A stretch of DNA of 59,846 bases, counting the filler, from Sphacelaria rigidula (Eukaryota), in assembly GCA_964200075.2 (NCBI GenBank). It is 6 parts of 6 records of this genome, joined end to end, with 100 filler letters (N's around TTAATTAATTAA, not from the genome) between each part and the next. Parts side by side here need not be neighbours in the genome. Positions count along the whole stretch, not along the records: positions 9,994 to 19,884 come from CAXNAA020007542.1; positions 19,985 to 29,875 come from CAXNAA020007543.1; 4 more parts are not named here. One strand, 5' to 3'. Below are positions 12,076 to 23,200 of this stretch, one piece after another. The first letter of the stretch is position 1; each line of letters starts with the position of its first letter. Under the pieces are notes generated by a model. That model did not search any database and had not been told where the DNA came from. It saw only the letters and a list, made by a program, of their open reading frames with translations. Position numbers and translations under genes: made by a program.

Positions 12076-13310
12076 AGAATGGGAAGATTACAAATCCTCG
12101 TCACGTGACAAAAGCCTATATGAAACCTCCGATGGATACACTCAGCGGGGTGACGATGAGTTTTGGTGTGTACATTTCATGGAGCACGGAGATACGATAG
12201 ATACCCTCACGTTTACCTTATTCGTAATGTGTCTAGTTCGCTCGCGGTCGGAATCTTGCCTCGCCCGACAGCCGCCGCGATCCCTGAGATTTACAGTGTC
12301 GAAATTGGCGCATCGGCATGCATGTGCGGGCGGTGAATATTGTGTACCATGCATTATGGTTTGGCGTATACTCTGTCAATATTCGGATCAACTAAAGCTA
12401 CCAACTACCGAAGGGTTTTGAGCCAGTTTTTCATACGTTTTAACCCACCTTCGTAAACGTCTCTGCAGTCGTAACTGCTCCGATGTTTTCTTTTTTCGTA
12501 CGACCTCCGGACTTTCTGTTGGGTACGTTGTCGATCGCCTCAAGGGGTGGAGTGTTCCGCGAGACGCGCGAGGGCAGAGGCCAACCGGCTTCAGTCAAGG
12601 GCATGGTGGCGGGTAAAGCCTGCTGTTGTTTGTGAAGGGAATGGAAAGAAGAGTGGCGAAGGGGGTACTGACGGCAGAGAGGCGGACGCCACTCGTGAGT
12701 CGAAGCCATCGCCAGCGCAAGCCGGTACTACGATGCGCACAAAAATCTGAGGTTGCGCTATCGAGTACTGGTCACAGGCATACGGGCATATGTACAGCAG
12801 CATCGATCAAAACTCCCTTGATGATTTTCACAGATGTAGGGGCATATACACGCCAAAGCACTCTTCACGGATGGAGAACGCAAGTTCGGGTTCAAATCTG
12901 TACTTCTGTTGTGTTCACTTCGCGGCGCAAATGTTGTTCCAACACTGTCCCACGTACATGGATTGTATTAGGGCAGGTTGCATCACCAACGTTCCTCAGC
13001 AATGTTCCTCATGACGAGGACTGAAGGCAACAGTATGCACGAGACAGTTGCAACAACAGCTTGTCTCGTCCGTGTTGTCGTATATGTCACGGCCCGTACC
13101 TCGCCGCGACCTTCCCGTTCGCAAACACAAAACAGCGTATAGGCGAACTCGGGCACACCCGCTCGTTCCGTGGCGTACCTGACATCGCCCCTGAAAAGTA
13201 GAGCTTGAAGATACCTCAAGTGCAGGTGGTTCCGCGAGACGAAAAAGACATGATAACCGCACATCACCCACCCCGCCTCTCCAGCACCCCACCTATATCA
13301 CACCTCACAG

Positions 13311-13370
13311 TCGTTCCCTCAAGGTGTAAGGTCACAGCAATCGGATGCGAATGCAGAGGAGTTTACGGAG
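13311..13370 (+). CDS. Probable short internal exon of an unidentified gene
   Basis: cacctcacag acceptor and GAG|GTGAGT donor, 60 nt. Open in phase 0 (SFPQGVRSQQSDANAEEFTE) and phase 1 (VPSRCKVTAIGCECRGVYG); frame unresolved. Confidence 0.4.
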
Positions 13371-14070
13371 GTGAGTAGGAACCAACCTTGCTCCGGTTGC
13401 TGGATGCACACTCGCTGAAGCGGGCTTGCACAGTCTTGAACTCTGATGTGAACTTATTATAATTGTCTTCCGAGTCGGCCTCCTCCAGACTTCCGGTATT
13501 TCGTTCTCGACGACAAAAATGTGGTTTGTGAAAACAAACGACCTCGCCCCTCTTGAGCGATACAGCAGGGTCTGCCTGTACTGTATCGAGTCGCTGGTGA
13601 GGCCGCTCCGTTTAACAGACAAAAATAAAACCCTGAAAAAGTTGCTCACCTCCCACAGATGGGGTAACTCAAAGTGAAATTAGGTATTTTCGCGGCAATC
13701 GGGATTGCGGCCGAGCATTTGAAAATCGCCGCTGGGCAAAAATCGAGGGCCCACCTGAAATCAGGGCAAGGACTATCGAATGGGGCATGCGCTGCATGAC
13801 TGTGCTGTAGTACAAACACACTCATGGTCCGTCTTGTGCATTGTAGGTGTCGCTGCGCTGTGGCGTCTTCAGGCCTTTGTGGAGACGGTTTGATCTCCGC
13901 TGGGGGTGCCTGATTTGCTTGAAATATTGTCGGCACGCAGTGCTCTTTACACACAGTTGAAACTTTCATGGGGTGTTGGCTGTTTCGTCTCGAGTCAAGG
14001 GAATGAGGCGCTCCCCAAACCCATCACCTTCGCCCTCAGATGGGGTTCGTAAAATATCTCTGGAGGGATT

Positions 14071-14765
14071 CGAAAAGTCTGGTGGGCTTTGCGGGGTACG
14101 TAACATATCTGCCTCTGCTCCTTGCACCCTCTGTCCCGATGACTTAAGGCATAGGAAAAATTCAAAAAAGAGCCTTCTACCTTCATTTTTTCATCTTTTT
14201 TCGTGTTTTTAGTGGAGTTTTGGGGGGAAACGAACGTTGCTCTTAGGCCTTATCTCGATGTTTTGGCTCAATTTTTAGAATTGAAATGTAAAACTTGGCA
14301 CCGAGAACCACACAAGTGTTGCGAATGAAAAAACAAGTGGGCCTTCATTTTCCAAGTTTTTTCCGTAGAGGTTAGATTGTTCTTGTGAAGAAATGGTCCT
14401 GACCATACTAGAACGCCCTGAACCTGTGAAATAAATTTAAAAAAAGAATGGTCTGCTTTGTTCTGTTGATCTTGCCTTGGAGAGCGCCCACGCAACTTTT
14501 CAATAAACGAAAACCAAACGTCGGCCGGTGAGTGGCGTTCGAAATACCGTTCCGAATTTGGACCGATCCTGTTTTCTGAAGGCCTATGCTCTGGCCAATA
14601 TTTGGAGTTGAACCCTGAAATTTGGTATGCACAACGAACTAATGGGACATGAAAAAAAATCCCGCGGTGTCAAAACAGTTTTTTCTAACAGTCCAGGGCA
14701 ATGATCAGTTTGTAGCTATCAGTGAAATGCCTTTAATTCATGAAGAAAAAAAACTCTTGGTACCG
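14071..14765 (-). repeat. Right, inverted member of the 10600-11292 repeat; further fragments at about 14800-14850 and 15290-15388
   Basis: Collinear reverse-complement similarity along its length (GAAAAGTCTGGTGGGCTTTGCGGG ... GGTACC). Confidence 0.8.
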
Positions 14766-15571
14766 AGGTCATTTTTTTTCATGCCCTTTTCATTGTAAAT
14801 ACTAAATTTCAGGGTCCAACTCCAAATATTGGCGGGAGCATGGGCCTGCAAACTTCAAATCCGCCCCTAGGCTGGCCGAGCTCGTAAGAAGCGGCCTGAG
14901 TGGTGTGCTAGAGTAGGTCGGAAGATATCGTAAGACGGTCAACCGTAAACGTTGGGGGACATATGAGCGACTCAATCCCGAGCCCAACCGCCGACACTGC
15001 TGCTGTACTAGCTGGGCCAGCCTGAAAACGGATTTGATCTCTCAAAGCAATATCTCGGCACAAACGACTTGAGCCGTGATCCGCATATCGTATCAATCGT
15101 CTAGTCAAGGGCAAGGTGCCCGTCTGCTCAAAGATTTGAGCCCATATTTTCTCGTCGCTTAGACCCCATGTCAGGGAATTCCTATACCTAAGGGGGATAG
15201 CGCCAATACTATAATCTCTATGAATTTCCCGATCGATGCATTTAGCGGATGGCGACAAATTCTGATGTGGAGGACCACAAAAGAGTGCCGAATGAAGAAG
15301 AAAATGGGCCTTCATTCTTCTTTTTTCGTAGAGGTCGAGGCGTTCTCGTGAAGAAATGGTCTCCACCGTAATAGAACGCCCTAAATCAATGGAAAAAAAA
15401 TAAAATAAACAAATACTTACTGCTCGAGGTATCGCGTAGGTCCGCGTCTTTGGCCGACGTGCAGGTACTGGATCAAATTTGATCACTCGCGACTTATATC
15501 TGATGTGCCAGATGTAGCTTGCACCAATGACCCCGATCTCGCGTGTGCTCATGTGTCACCTTTGCCGGCAG

Positions 15572-15727
15572 TATGATATCAGCGGCGAGGTGTACGTGGG
15601 GCCGACACTACTCCCATCCGCGCTGTCCACGGACACTACGCCGCGAGGATTGCTGGTTCGGGTTCCAGGGGACACGACCGAAAAGATCATGACGGGTGCT
15701 TCACAGACTTCCGGCTACAAGCTGGAG
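15572..15727 (+). CDS. Probable internal exon of an unidentified gene
   Basis: ggcag acceptor, GAG|GTGAGA donor, 156 nt. Only phase 0 is open: YDISGEVYVGPTLLPSALSTDTTPRGLLVRVPGDTTEKIMTGASQTSGYKLE. Confidence 0.5.
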
Positions 15728-15901
15728 GTGAGAACAGCGCTGCATAGGGGGCAATAAAGACACTGAGATCCCGTAGTCCTCTCTTGCCTCGCCTTTTACC
15801 GCCGTTTGCGTCCTGATATGTATGTGACTGTCTCACGATTGAAAGGGATGTCGGGGGTGCACGAGAAAAACAAACCCCGCACACCTATGAATTCCTCCCC
15901 C

Positions 15902-15967
15902 CCCTACCCGAACGTACCATGATCATGACTATGGCATGCATGGTCATGAGTACACCCTACCCGAACG
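15902..15967 (+). mobile_element. Extremely 5'-truncated non-LTR retrotransposon tail (40 bp) with a 13-bp target-site duplication
   Basis: CCCTACCCGAACG at 15902-15914 and 15955-15967 flanks ...ATGACTATGGCATGCATGGTCATGAGTACA, which matches the tail at 29976-30021. Confidence 0.7.
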
Positions 15968-15996
15968 GGACGGCACGGGATGTGCTGGGGGGGGGG

Positions 15997-16303
15997 GGAA
16001 CGGGACGTGAACGAAGGTGGTATGCAACCGTTTGATGTATTAAGCAGCAGGGAGGAGACGATATCTACACTGGAAGATAGATGGTGGCCAGAGACGGCGA
16101 AACAGAACGGGGATAAGATATGGAAAGGTTTTTGTGTAATGTATGGAAAAAACGTGGTGAGCTGCTGAAGGAACGTAGTGAGCGCCAGAATGTTGGAGGT
16201 GTCTCTATGAGGAGTAGGAACGGTGCTCCGTCTCGAAAAAGATGCGTGGTCAATGGTCAAATGACTGAGGCAAGCAACAAACGAGTACGCCCCCCCCCCC
16301 CCC
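15997..16303 (+). mobile_element. LINE-like retrotransposon 3' fragment
   Basis: Encodes ERDVNEGGMQPFDVL...LEDRWWPETAKQNGD...FLCNVWKKR...SRNGAPSRKRCVVNGQMTEASNK with a frameshift, matching 59390-59728. Ends GAGTACG followed by a C-run. Confidence 0.75.
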
Positions 16304-16580
16304 TACCCCCCTGTGAGGTCCAAATAAAAAAATGGGACATGGGTGAGCGTTTTTGTTTTTTCGTGCACCGTTGGAGATGTAGTATTTTTTACTGCGTAGT
16401 ATCGAGTTTTTTTCCCTCCCGCTTTACCGCACTTCGTGAAAAAACAGGTTTTTTCGGGTCCGTTTATGGGCGCGTCCACATCGCGATGCCCGGGGGACAT
16501 GTGGTTTCGGGAACAACTACACATCGTGGTTTTGAGACCCCTGTCGGAGCGCTGATTCCAACCACCACCCCTCCTCCGTA

Positions 16581-16830
16581 GACACTTTCTACGATACCCC
16601 CCCCCCTAAACCAGCCCAAAAGTGTCACGAAAAAAATGTCCTTACAGCGCCTGATGTTTGGGTTCAGGCTGCATGAAGCGCTTTATAGTGGCGGCATTGG
16701 CTAGAGTGAATACACGCGTGGGAATTCCCAGCCGCTCGTTGTGCTCGGTTTTCCCATTTCGATTTACGTGGAGATTTTGCCTCCCCCAAAAACATGCACT
16801 GTTTGGGGGGGTGCTATCGTAGAAAGTGTC
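16581..16830. mobile_element. 250-bp MITE with 16-bp perfect TIR and 4-bp TSD
   Basis: GACACTTTCTACGATA / TATCGTAGAAAGTGTC termini, CGTA on both flanks (16577-16580, 16831-16834). Second copy at 47734-48009. Confidence 0.85.
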
Positions 16831-17557
16831 CGTATCCCGAACTGACTCTCTCATGTTCGTTGCCGCCGGCCGTCTCTACCTTGTCCACCGTTGATTTCTG
16901 TCGCAGCGTTCGACGTTCAATCAAATGAACGAGCCGTTCCTTATCACGAAGCCCGGCCAGCAGAAGATCGTATACCCTGAAATTCCCTTGTGGGGAAAGT
17001 ACAGGGTATACAACACGCCTAGAGAGGCTATGTATTCGATACCTCAAGAAATCCTGCATCAGCAATGTACTCGCATGGTCTTGGTCGCATCCAACAGACA
17101 ACTCGGGCGCCTCGTAGAACCCGGCAGGGAAGCCTGCCAGCCGGAAGCGGCCCTGTATTTGAAGATCGCAGACACCTGCCCATTCTACCATTTGGAATGG
17201 GATACGGGCGGGGAGGGGGTTGTGATGGGGATCAGGTCGAAAATACCGCACAATGGCCCCAGAGACTCGTACGTTACCGCTGCGATAGGCGGCGCAGATG
17301 GTACGCAGCATGTTGTAATAGCCAGTGTGCAAGAGAGTCGAGAGAGGAAAGGGAGGCTCACCGCAAAGCAGCCTATCGCGGTCACTCCTGGGGATCCGGT
17401 TGTAGGTGGGCCGAGATTCGGGCAAAGATGGCTGAGGGCCAGACGCTACACGGGTCCAGAGGGGTCGGAGGACGAGGTAGCCCCCGATGATGACCATGGT
17501 GACTGTGATGCTGGAAGTGATGGCGATAGTGGTTGCAATAGCAACTAGTGATGACAC
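16814..17557 (-). CDS. Orphan intronless ORF (about 247 aa) with an N-terminal hydrophobic segment; 3' end interrupted by the MITE
   Basis: Long stop-free frame. N-terminus LVAIATTIAITSSITVTMVIIGGYLVL is transmembrane-like. The start codon is GTG (first ATG at MVIIGG) and the stop lies inside the MITE TIR. No recognised family. Confidence 0.35.
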   Translation of the reverse strand: MSSLVAIATTIAITSSITVTMVIIGGYLVLRPLWTRVASGPQPSLPESRPTYNRIPRSDRDRLLCGEPPFPLSTLLHTGYYNMLRTICAAYRSGNVRVSGAIVRYFRPDPHHNPLPARIPFQMVEWAGVCDLQIQGRFRLAGFPAGFYEAPELSVGCDQDHASTLLMQDFLRYRIHSLSRRVVYPVLSPQGNFRVYDLLLAGLRDKERLVHLIERRTLRQKSTVDKVETAGGNEHERVSSGYGHFLR

Positions 17558-18214
17558 TAGAGTCTCGAGTTGCAGTGGCGCAGTTGGAGAGTGGAAGCAA
17601 TAGGTTCACATACAGGTCGGGATGCGGGCGCGAACGTACAGTTCAGGCGGGGTCGAGATGCTGTCATGTAGCATGATGCGGTGTTGCGATTGTGTGTATG
17701 GCGGGACCGTAAGAAGCGATCTTGGGGTGGATGCCAACGATTTCTCTTTCCACACAGACATTGCCGCCTCATATATGCTCGAACCGGATTGGAAAGCTCG
17801 ACTGGTGTTTGCAGTACGGTTGAGTCGTGCAATATATTATTCACATTGTGCATCGGCCGTCAATTTTTCAGGACAGGGGACGCCCAATCATCCGCTCGGC
17901 ACATCACTACGTTGGCAGTGATATCCTCCCACCACGTCACTGACGGCAACTTGACGCCCGAGATTTTTGTCTGGACACGAGCCTCGAGACAAGCAGTAGT
18001 GAAAACATCGTCGACAATCAAACAAACGTTGTTACGCTCCGTCGCCTGCAGCTAACCAGGGATGGACGGCATGTGAAACCACGGACACCCTTCCTACTCC
18101 TCCCAAAAGTTGCACATCAGCGATGTCGTGCGGTACTCCTGAGGGCGTTTTGTCATTCAGCGGCTAGGGTCTTCAAACCTCGTTTCATTGATGAACCTCA
18201 TTTTATAGAATCCC

Positions 18215-18900
18215 CTGTTTCCTAGTGTTTTGGGACTCTTGCCGCCGCGGCTGTAGCTGAGCGCCTCATACTTGCATTCCTTGCAGACGCTGCAGTTCAT
18301 CTCGGACGCCATCGTGGTATCAGTTACATCGATCAGCTCGCGCTTCTCGAGGTGTTGCATGGCAGCCGGATCGATGTTTCCTAGTAAGGTGTCGTGCCAC
18401 AGCTTCAGTATGAAACGCTGCTTCTTGTATGCGAGCGAAGCAGGCGCCGACGCCGCATGTCTGCCATCCTCCTGCTGGGATGCCGACAAGGTCAAGAACC
18501 CTCTATTCTCGGCTAGGAGAACCTTCGGTCCACCCTTTCTGAGCCGAAGGCAACTCCCCTTCCTGCTGGAGTTCACGATTTCTTTTTCATCACGCCGAAT
18601 TGATGCGGTACTAAGCAGCCGGCAAGGTAGTCCGGGGACTCACAGCACGTCATTCAGTGTGACCTTTGCTAGAGCCTCCTTGCCCCGAACGCTCACGTGT
18701 AATGAGATATTTTCCACTGCCAGTGCCTGCGGCTCCCCCTTGCTCCCGAATGTACAGCTTCGATTAACCGTTCGCGTATCCCTGAGATCTTCTTTCCAAG
18801 GCGTTATGTGCACATTTCGCTTCCAAGTCGCGGAGAATCGATACCTCTGTGTGTCTGTTGGTCGACGTGCGCATGGATACTACTCGCTCATCATCTTCGA
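18215..18900 (-). pseudogene. Ty1/Copia pol remnant (protease plus GAG-pre-integrase region)
   Basis: Decayed protease DLEA/NVHITPW...LNDVL*VPGLPCRLLS (cf. DSGA..HMT...L..VL.VP.L..NLLS), followed by LWHDTLLGNI...CSVCKECK (cf. LWH.RLGH...C..C...K). Contains a frameshift and a stop. Confidence 0.8.
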
Positions 18901-19059
18901 CTACCACGTTCAGCGCCATGAATGCTATCTGTCTGTCCCTCCTTTCATAACTTCTACCGTTTTGTGGAGGAGGTGGGCATGTTTATGCGGGGCCCACCCC
19001 CTGCGGTCGTTTAGCCGGAGGTTCGCCGTTAAGGAAGGAGTGGCATTCCACCCACCCAT

Positions 19060-19474
19060 AACAGACAGTTCCATGGAATGAGGTTGTACCATGAAATGAG
19101 GTTCAAGCCCGAAACAGTGCTTTCCTCACACTTATAACGATGGTGCCAAATAATTTTTTTGTCGGCCTAACGCCCCTCGATCGCGTAGATACTTCTTCAG
19201 CGCATCTCACCGACTTTGTGAGCTTACAGCGCTGACCGAAACCGTCATTTCCCTGATTTTGGGAGGGGGGGTGGTATCAGGGGAAACGGTGATTTCGGTC
19301 AGCGCTGTAAGTTCACAGACTCAGTGAGATGCGCTGAAGAAGTATCTACGCGATCGAGGGGCATCAGGCCGACAAAAAAGTCATCGGGTACCATCGCTGT
19401 AAGTGTGGGGAAAGCACTGTTTCGGACTTGAACCTCATTTCATGGTACAACCTCATTTCATGGAATTGTCTGTT
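19060..19474. mobile_element. Foldback/MITE with two inverted arms of about 195 bp
   Basis: Arms are near-complementary throughout, e.g. CCCCTCGATCGCGTAGATACTTCTTCAGCGCATCTCAC vs GTGAGATGCGCTGAAGAAGTATCTACGCGATCGAGGGG, with a G-rich loop of about 20 nt. Related arm fragments at 9994-10059, about 18170-18215 and 49820-49856. Confidence 0.9.
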
Positions 19475-19574
19475 GTATGGGCGTCGTATTTCAGTCGGTG
19501 CTTTCCACAGGAACTGTAGGTAAGGTACTGTACCGAGCGTACCCCCGGTATTTACCGGGGTATCCCATACCGTG

Positions 19575-19862
19575 GTATGCGTAGGTATCGTAGGTATCAC
19601 ATTTGAAGATATCGGATCGGGGGGGTACGGTAGGTATTGAAATCTCGAAATACCCTAGTATCGTGGGTATCGTAGGTATGAGTTTTGAAAATACCGGATT
19701 GGGCGGGTACGGTAGGTATTGAAATTTCGAAATAGCCTGGTATCGTAGGTATCGTAGGTATGAGTTTTGAAAATGCCGGATTTGGCGGGTACGGTAGGTA
19801 TTGAAATCTCGAAATCCCTGGTATCGTAGTATCGCAGGTATGAATTTCGAAAATAAACACTA
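19575..19862. repeat. 82-bp tandem repeat (about 3.5 units), probably the subterminal array of a DNA transposon
   Basis: GTACGGTAGGTATTGAAAT recurs at 19625, 19707 and 19789. The array ends in AACACTA (reverse complement TAGTGTT, a hAT-like terminus). Confidence 0.8.
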
Positions 19863-19884
19863 TAGTTGTGAGGTTCAGAGTGTA

Positions 19885-19984
19885 NNNNNNNNNNNNNNNN
19901 NNNNNNNNNNNNNNNNNNNNNNNNNNNNTTAATTAATTAANNNNNNNNNNNNNNNNNNNNNNNNNNNNNNNNNNNNNNNNNNNN
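19885..19984. other. Artificial contig linker
   Basis: N44-TTAATTAATTAA-N44. Confidence 0.98.
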
Positions 19985-20226
19985 TCCTCCGGGTTCTCAT
20001 CCTCAATCAAAAGCACCATCCTCAACATAGATGATTGGCTGTTTTGAGCTAATTTTGATACCACTTGTTGCCACTCCGCCAGTCTACTGCTCTGGGTTTG
20101 CTCGGAACTCCAGGCAGCACGCTCACACACAACGGAGTCAGCAACCGCAGCAGGAGTGACTGTAGCGCCGGCCAAAATTACGAGGAAGGCAACAAACGAC
20201 ACTAACCCAGCAACGGAATAGGCAAG

Positions 20227-23200
20227 TCACTTGTCCTTCGGGCGAAGTTCCTCCTGCGAAATCCCGCTGTCACATGTCACCCTGTGCGAACCGTTCAGGA
20301 AGACAAGAGTATCGACCGCATCATCCCCGAGGTGGCTGCGCTTCTTCGTCTCGACGTTTCCGGCCATGGGGAAGATGCACTCAGACGCAGCCGATGACGG
20401 AGAAATTGCAAGGTTCTTGATTGCCAGCCTCGTCAAAGATGGGAAAGAGAATTGGAGCCGGCGCCACCGGTTCAGCTCCTCGTCTCGACGCTTCAATCGT
20501 TATTTTTACTCCCTCTAACTTCGCTTCACATCGTCGTCGTCGTCTTCGTCACCGTCTTCGTCGCGAAGTCTTCTTTGGAGAACAGAGCGCTGGATCTCCG
20601 TTTGGGCATGTTCAAGCCTTTGTGGCAGTGAGAGCCTCGAGGTGAGACAATCAGTGCGTTGCGGGAACTGCTGGGGTTGTTCCTCGTCATCGTTCGACGA
20701 AGCATCCGCGCAGTCTTCACGGCTCTCGAGAAAAAATCCCTATTCTTCTGCTTCGCACGCCGGGCTGCGTCGGACTCACTGCTCCAGGCCGCCCCTTCAC
20801 AACCGCACCCGCCGACGCCACCCAGGTCCGTCAGTACCTCATGTTTTGTTGGAACAATATCTTGAGTTCGTCAAGAAATTCTCGCCACGCTTTCTTCTCC
20901 TGGGTCGATAGTCATTCAAGATATTTCGTACGTGGGTTGAGAGCAGGCGCCATCTTTATCACGCCCGGCACTCTATCCCAGCGGTCGGCGCGGTCGATCA
21001 GCATTTCTTGCCTTCCTTCGGCGGAAGCACCCTCTAACGCCGCAGTCTGAGACTTGATGTGGGAGTTCAAGATGACCATGATTACCGGGATATGTGACAG
21101 GTCACGGTTGTCGCCCTCCATGATCCTCACGACTTGCCTGGGCTGAAGTATCCCCGAAATAAAAGCCGCGTTCGTCCGGTCTTCTTCCGTGATGTTCATG
21201 GACCCTCCGGCCCGCTCGTTGGCGATCTCAAGGGTCGCCACATTGCCGGTTTTGTGCTCCAGGGCCACGGACAGCATCGAATACCACGATCACCAGTGCG
21301 TGCTGCACCCCGTCTGAATCTTCCTCGACTTCGTGAGGAATCCCCCGTGTGATTTGAAAAGTGTGGCGAGAAATTGCAGGGAAAGGAGGTGCGGGTTGGG
21401 GTGAGCGCAGGCGACGTACGCATCGCCACAACAGTATAACGCCTCAACATCAGCTCATCAGTACGACAGAAATCTCGTCGGATCTGGTGGAGGACAGCAA
21501 AAAAATGCGTACAGCAGTGTATAGGTGCTACCCACTATGGGCACAGCATCCGCGTTGCTGAAGCTGTCCCATTAAAGTAACCAGCGCAACGGACGATTCC
21601 TCTTCTCTTCTACTTCTGCTGCACTGCTGCACTGCTGTACTGCTGTACTCACGTGCCTGTCGGGCTTTATCAGTAACGCTAACCGTATGGTCTTGCAATA
21701 ACACCATCAAATCATGGAAGAGGAGCACTAACCTTTCGCGCGTCTTCGAAGTCCGACTGCGACGGAGCAGACTTGTGAAGGTGGGCTGCAAGCTTGGAGA
21801 AGACCGCGAGACACTCTTTGGGGGGGGCCGCTGCAACAAGCTTGTTGACAGTAAGCTCAGCCTTGTGGCATGCGCATCCAGGGCACTTGATCCGAGCAGG
21901 CGTGTGCACCACAACGGCGTTATTTTGGTTCGCTGCCGTGTCGGTAGTGACGCAGGTCACGGAATCATCGACACCAAGATCCCTCAGGATGCCCATGAGC
22001 TTGGCGACGATGCGTTGGCCCGTGTGCGACCCAGTGAACACGTCACAGGCTCCCGTGCATGACCTCACGGTCCACGCGCCGTTCGATATTAACATGCAGT
22101 GCAGACGGAGGGAGATGAAAGGCATCTGATCGATATTACGTAACATTGCAGGGAAGCAGCGAAACAGAACAGACATGAGACACGTCTCCGGAGCACATGC
22201 AATGTGAACATCCATAGTTTCCAAGAACGTAAAAACGTCAATCAGTACTGATTACCTTTTTGCTTGGCTTCGTGGTTGCATGGCTTTCCCATGACATGCG
22301 ATGCCATCGAGTCGGAATTTGGTCCCATCTATCACCTACAGCAGCAGACCGCGGGTGATGTGGAGAACCAACACCGGAGTCGTTCACAATCGTACCACTA
22401 ACTATTAGACTCACCCCCGAGGCACAAGTCCAAATGTCGGTACTCGCAGCTGGGCACGTCCCTGGCAATCATCTTCAGCTTCGCCTTCGCCTTCGCCTTC
22501 GCCTCATGCCTCTTCTTCATCAACGCCGGGCGGATTTTTTTTCGCGGCCGCCGTAGTCGAAGGCAGAGGTTCCAGTGGCTATCTGGAACGCTTTCTCCAG
22601 CGCTGGGTGTTGTGGTGCTTTTAACGGCTGGTTGATCAAGACCATCCAGTTGGCCAGGTCGTCCAAGGCGCGTCACGTGCGGAAAGACCTGTTGGTGGTG
22701 GATAGAGAGAGCGTGGTTTTCATGAGATTGAGAACGTAGTTTCTGTCAACGAGGAAGAGAGAAACGTTTGAGACCTGAGCCATCCGTTGGTCAAAACGTA
22801 TCCTTTGAAGTACAACGCAACAACTAGGCTGGCGTCTTGAGCAGTAGATGATAGTACGGCAACTAGCGACTACCTTTTCATTTCACAGCACTACCATACA
22901 TGTCGCAGCGAGGCACTGCCAGTGTGGTGACGTGGTGATCACTACATGATGTAAGTATTTCAATTCTACAGCAGTTTGTACCAACTGCGAATAAAGTAGT
23001 GTATGCAGTGGAGCACCAAAACAAACACCTGCTTTATTGAACTACGGCAGGGGTGGCCTCACGTATATATACTGAGGGAAATTATCAAATCTGCTGAGCA
23101 TATGGTACACTGCGCACTGCAGTCTAGAACCAAGAATGATCCGTTCTGCGTGCTGCATGATCTGCGCACCAACACATATTTAGACATTTAGCCCTTAGAC

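Noticed and set aside
11774..12421. 215-aa ORF, and similar ORFs at 14908-15552 and 47947-48522
   Set aside because: They run largely through non-coding MITE or repeat sequence and show no protein motifs.
16925..17548. 207-aa plus-strand ORF as a second, overlapping gene
   Set aside because: It is codon-aligned antisense to the minus ORF, and its DDDHGDCD tail is the mirror of the I/V/T-rich helix, which is typical of a shadow ORF.
18272..19081. 269-aa plus-strand ORF
   Set aside because: It is the antisense shadow of the Copia protease/pre-integrase remnant.
19575..19855. CRISPR-like array (also considered for 3690-4213 and 42500-42670)
   Set aside because: The units are contiguous near-identical tandem repeats without unique spacers, there are no cas genes, and the context is eukaryotic transposon DNA.
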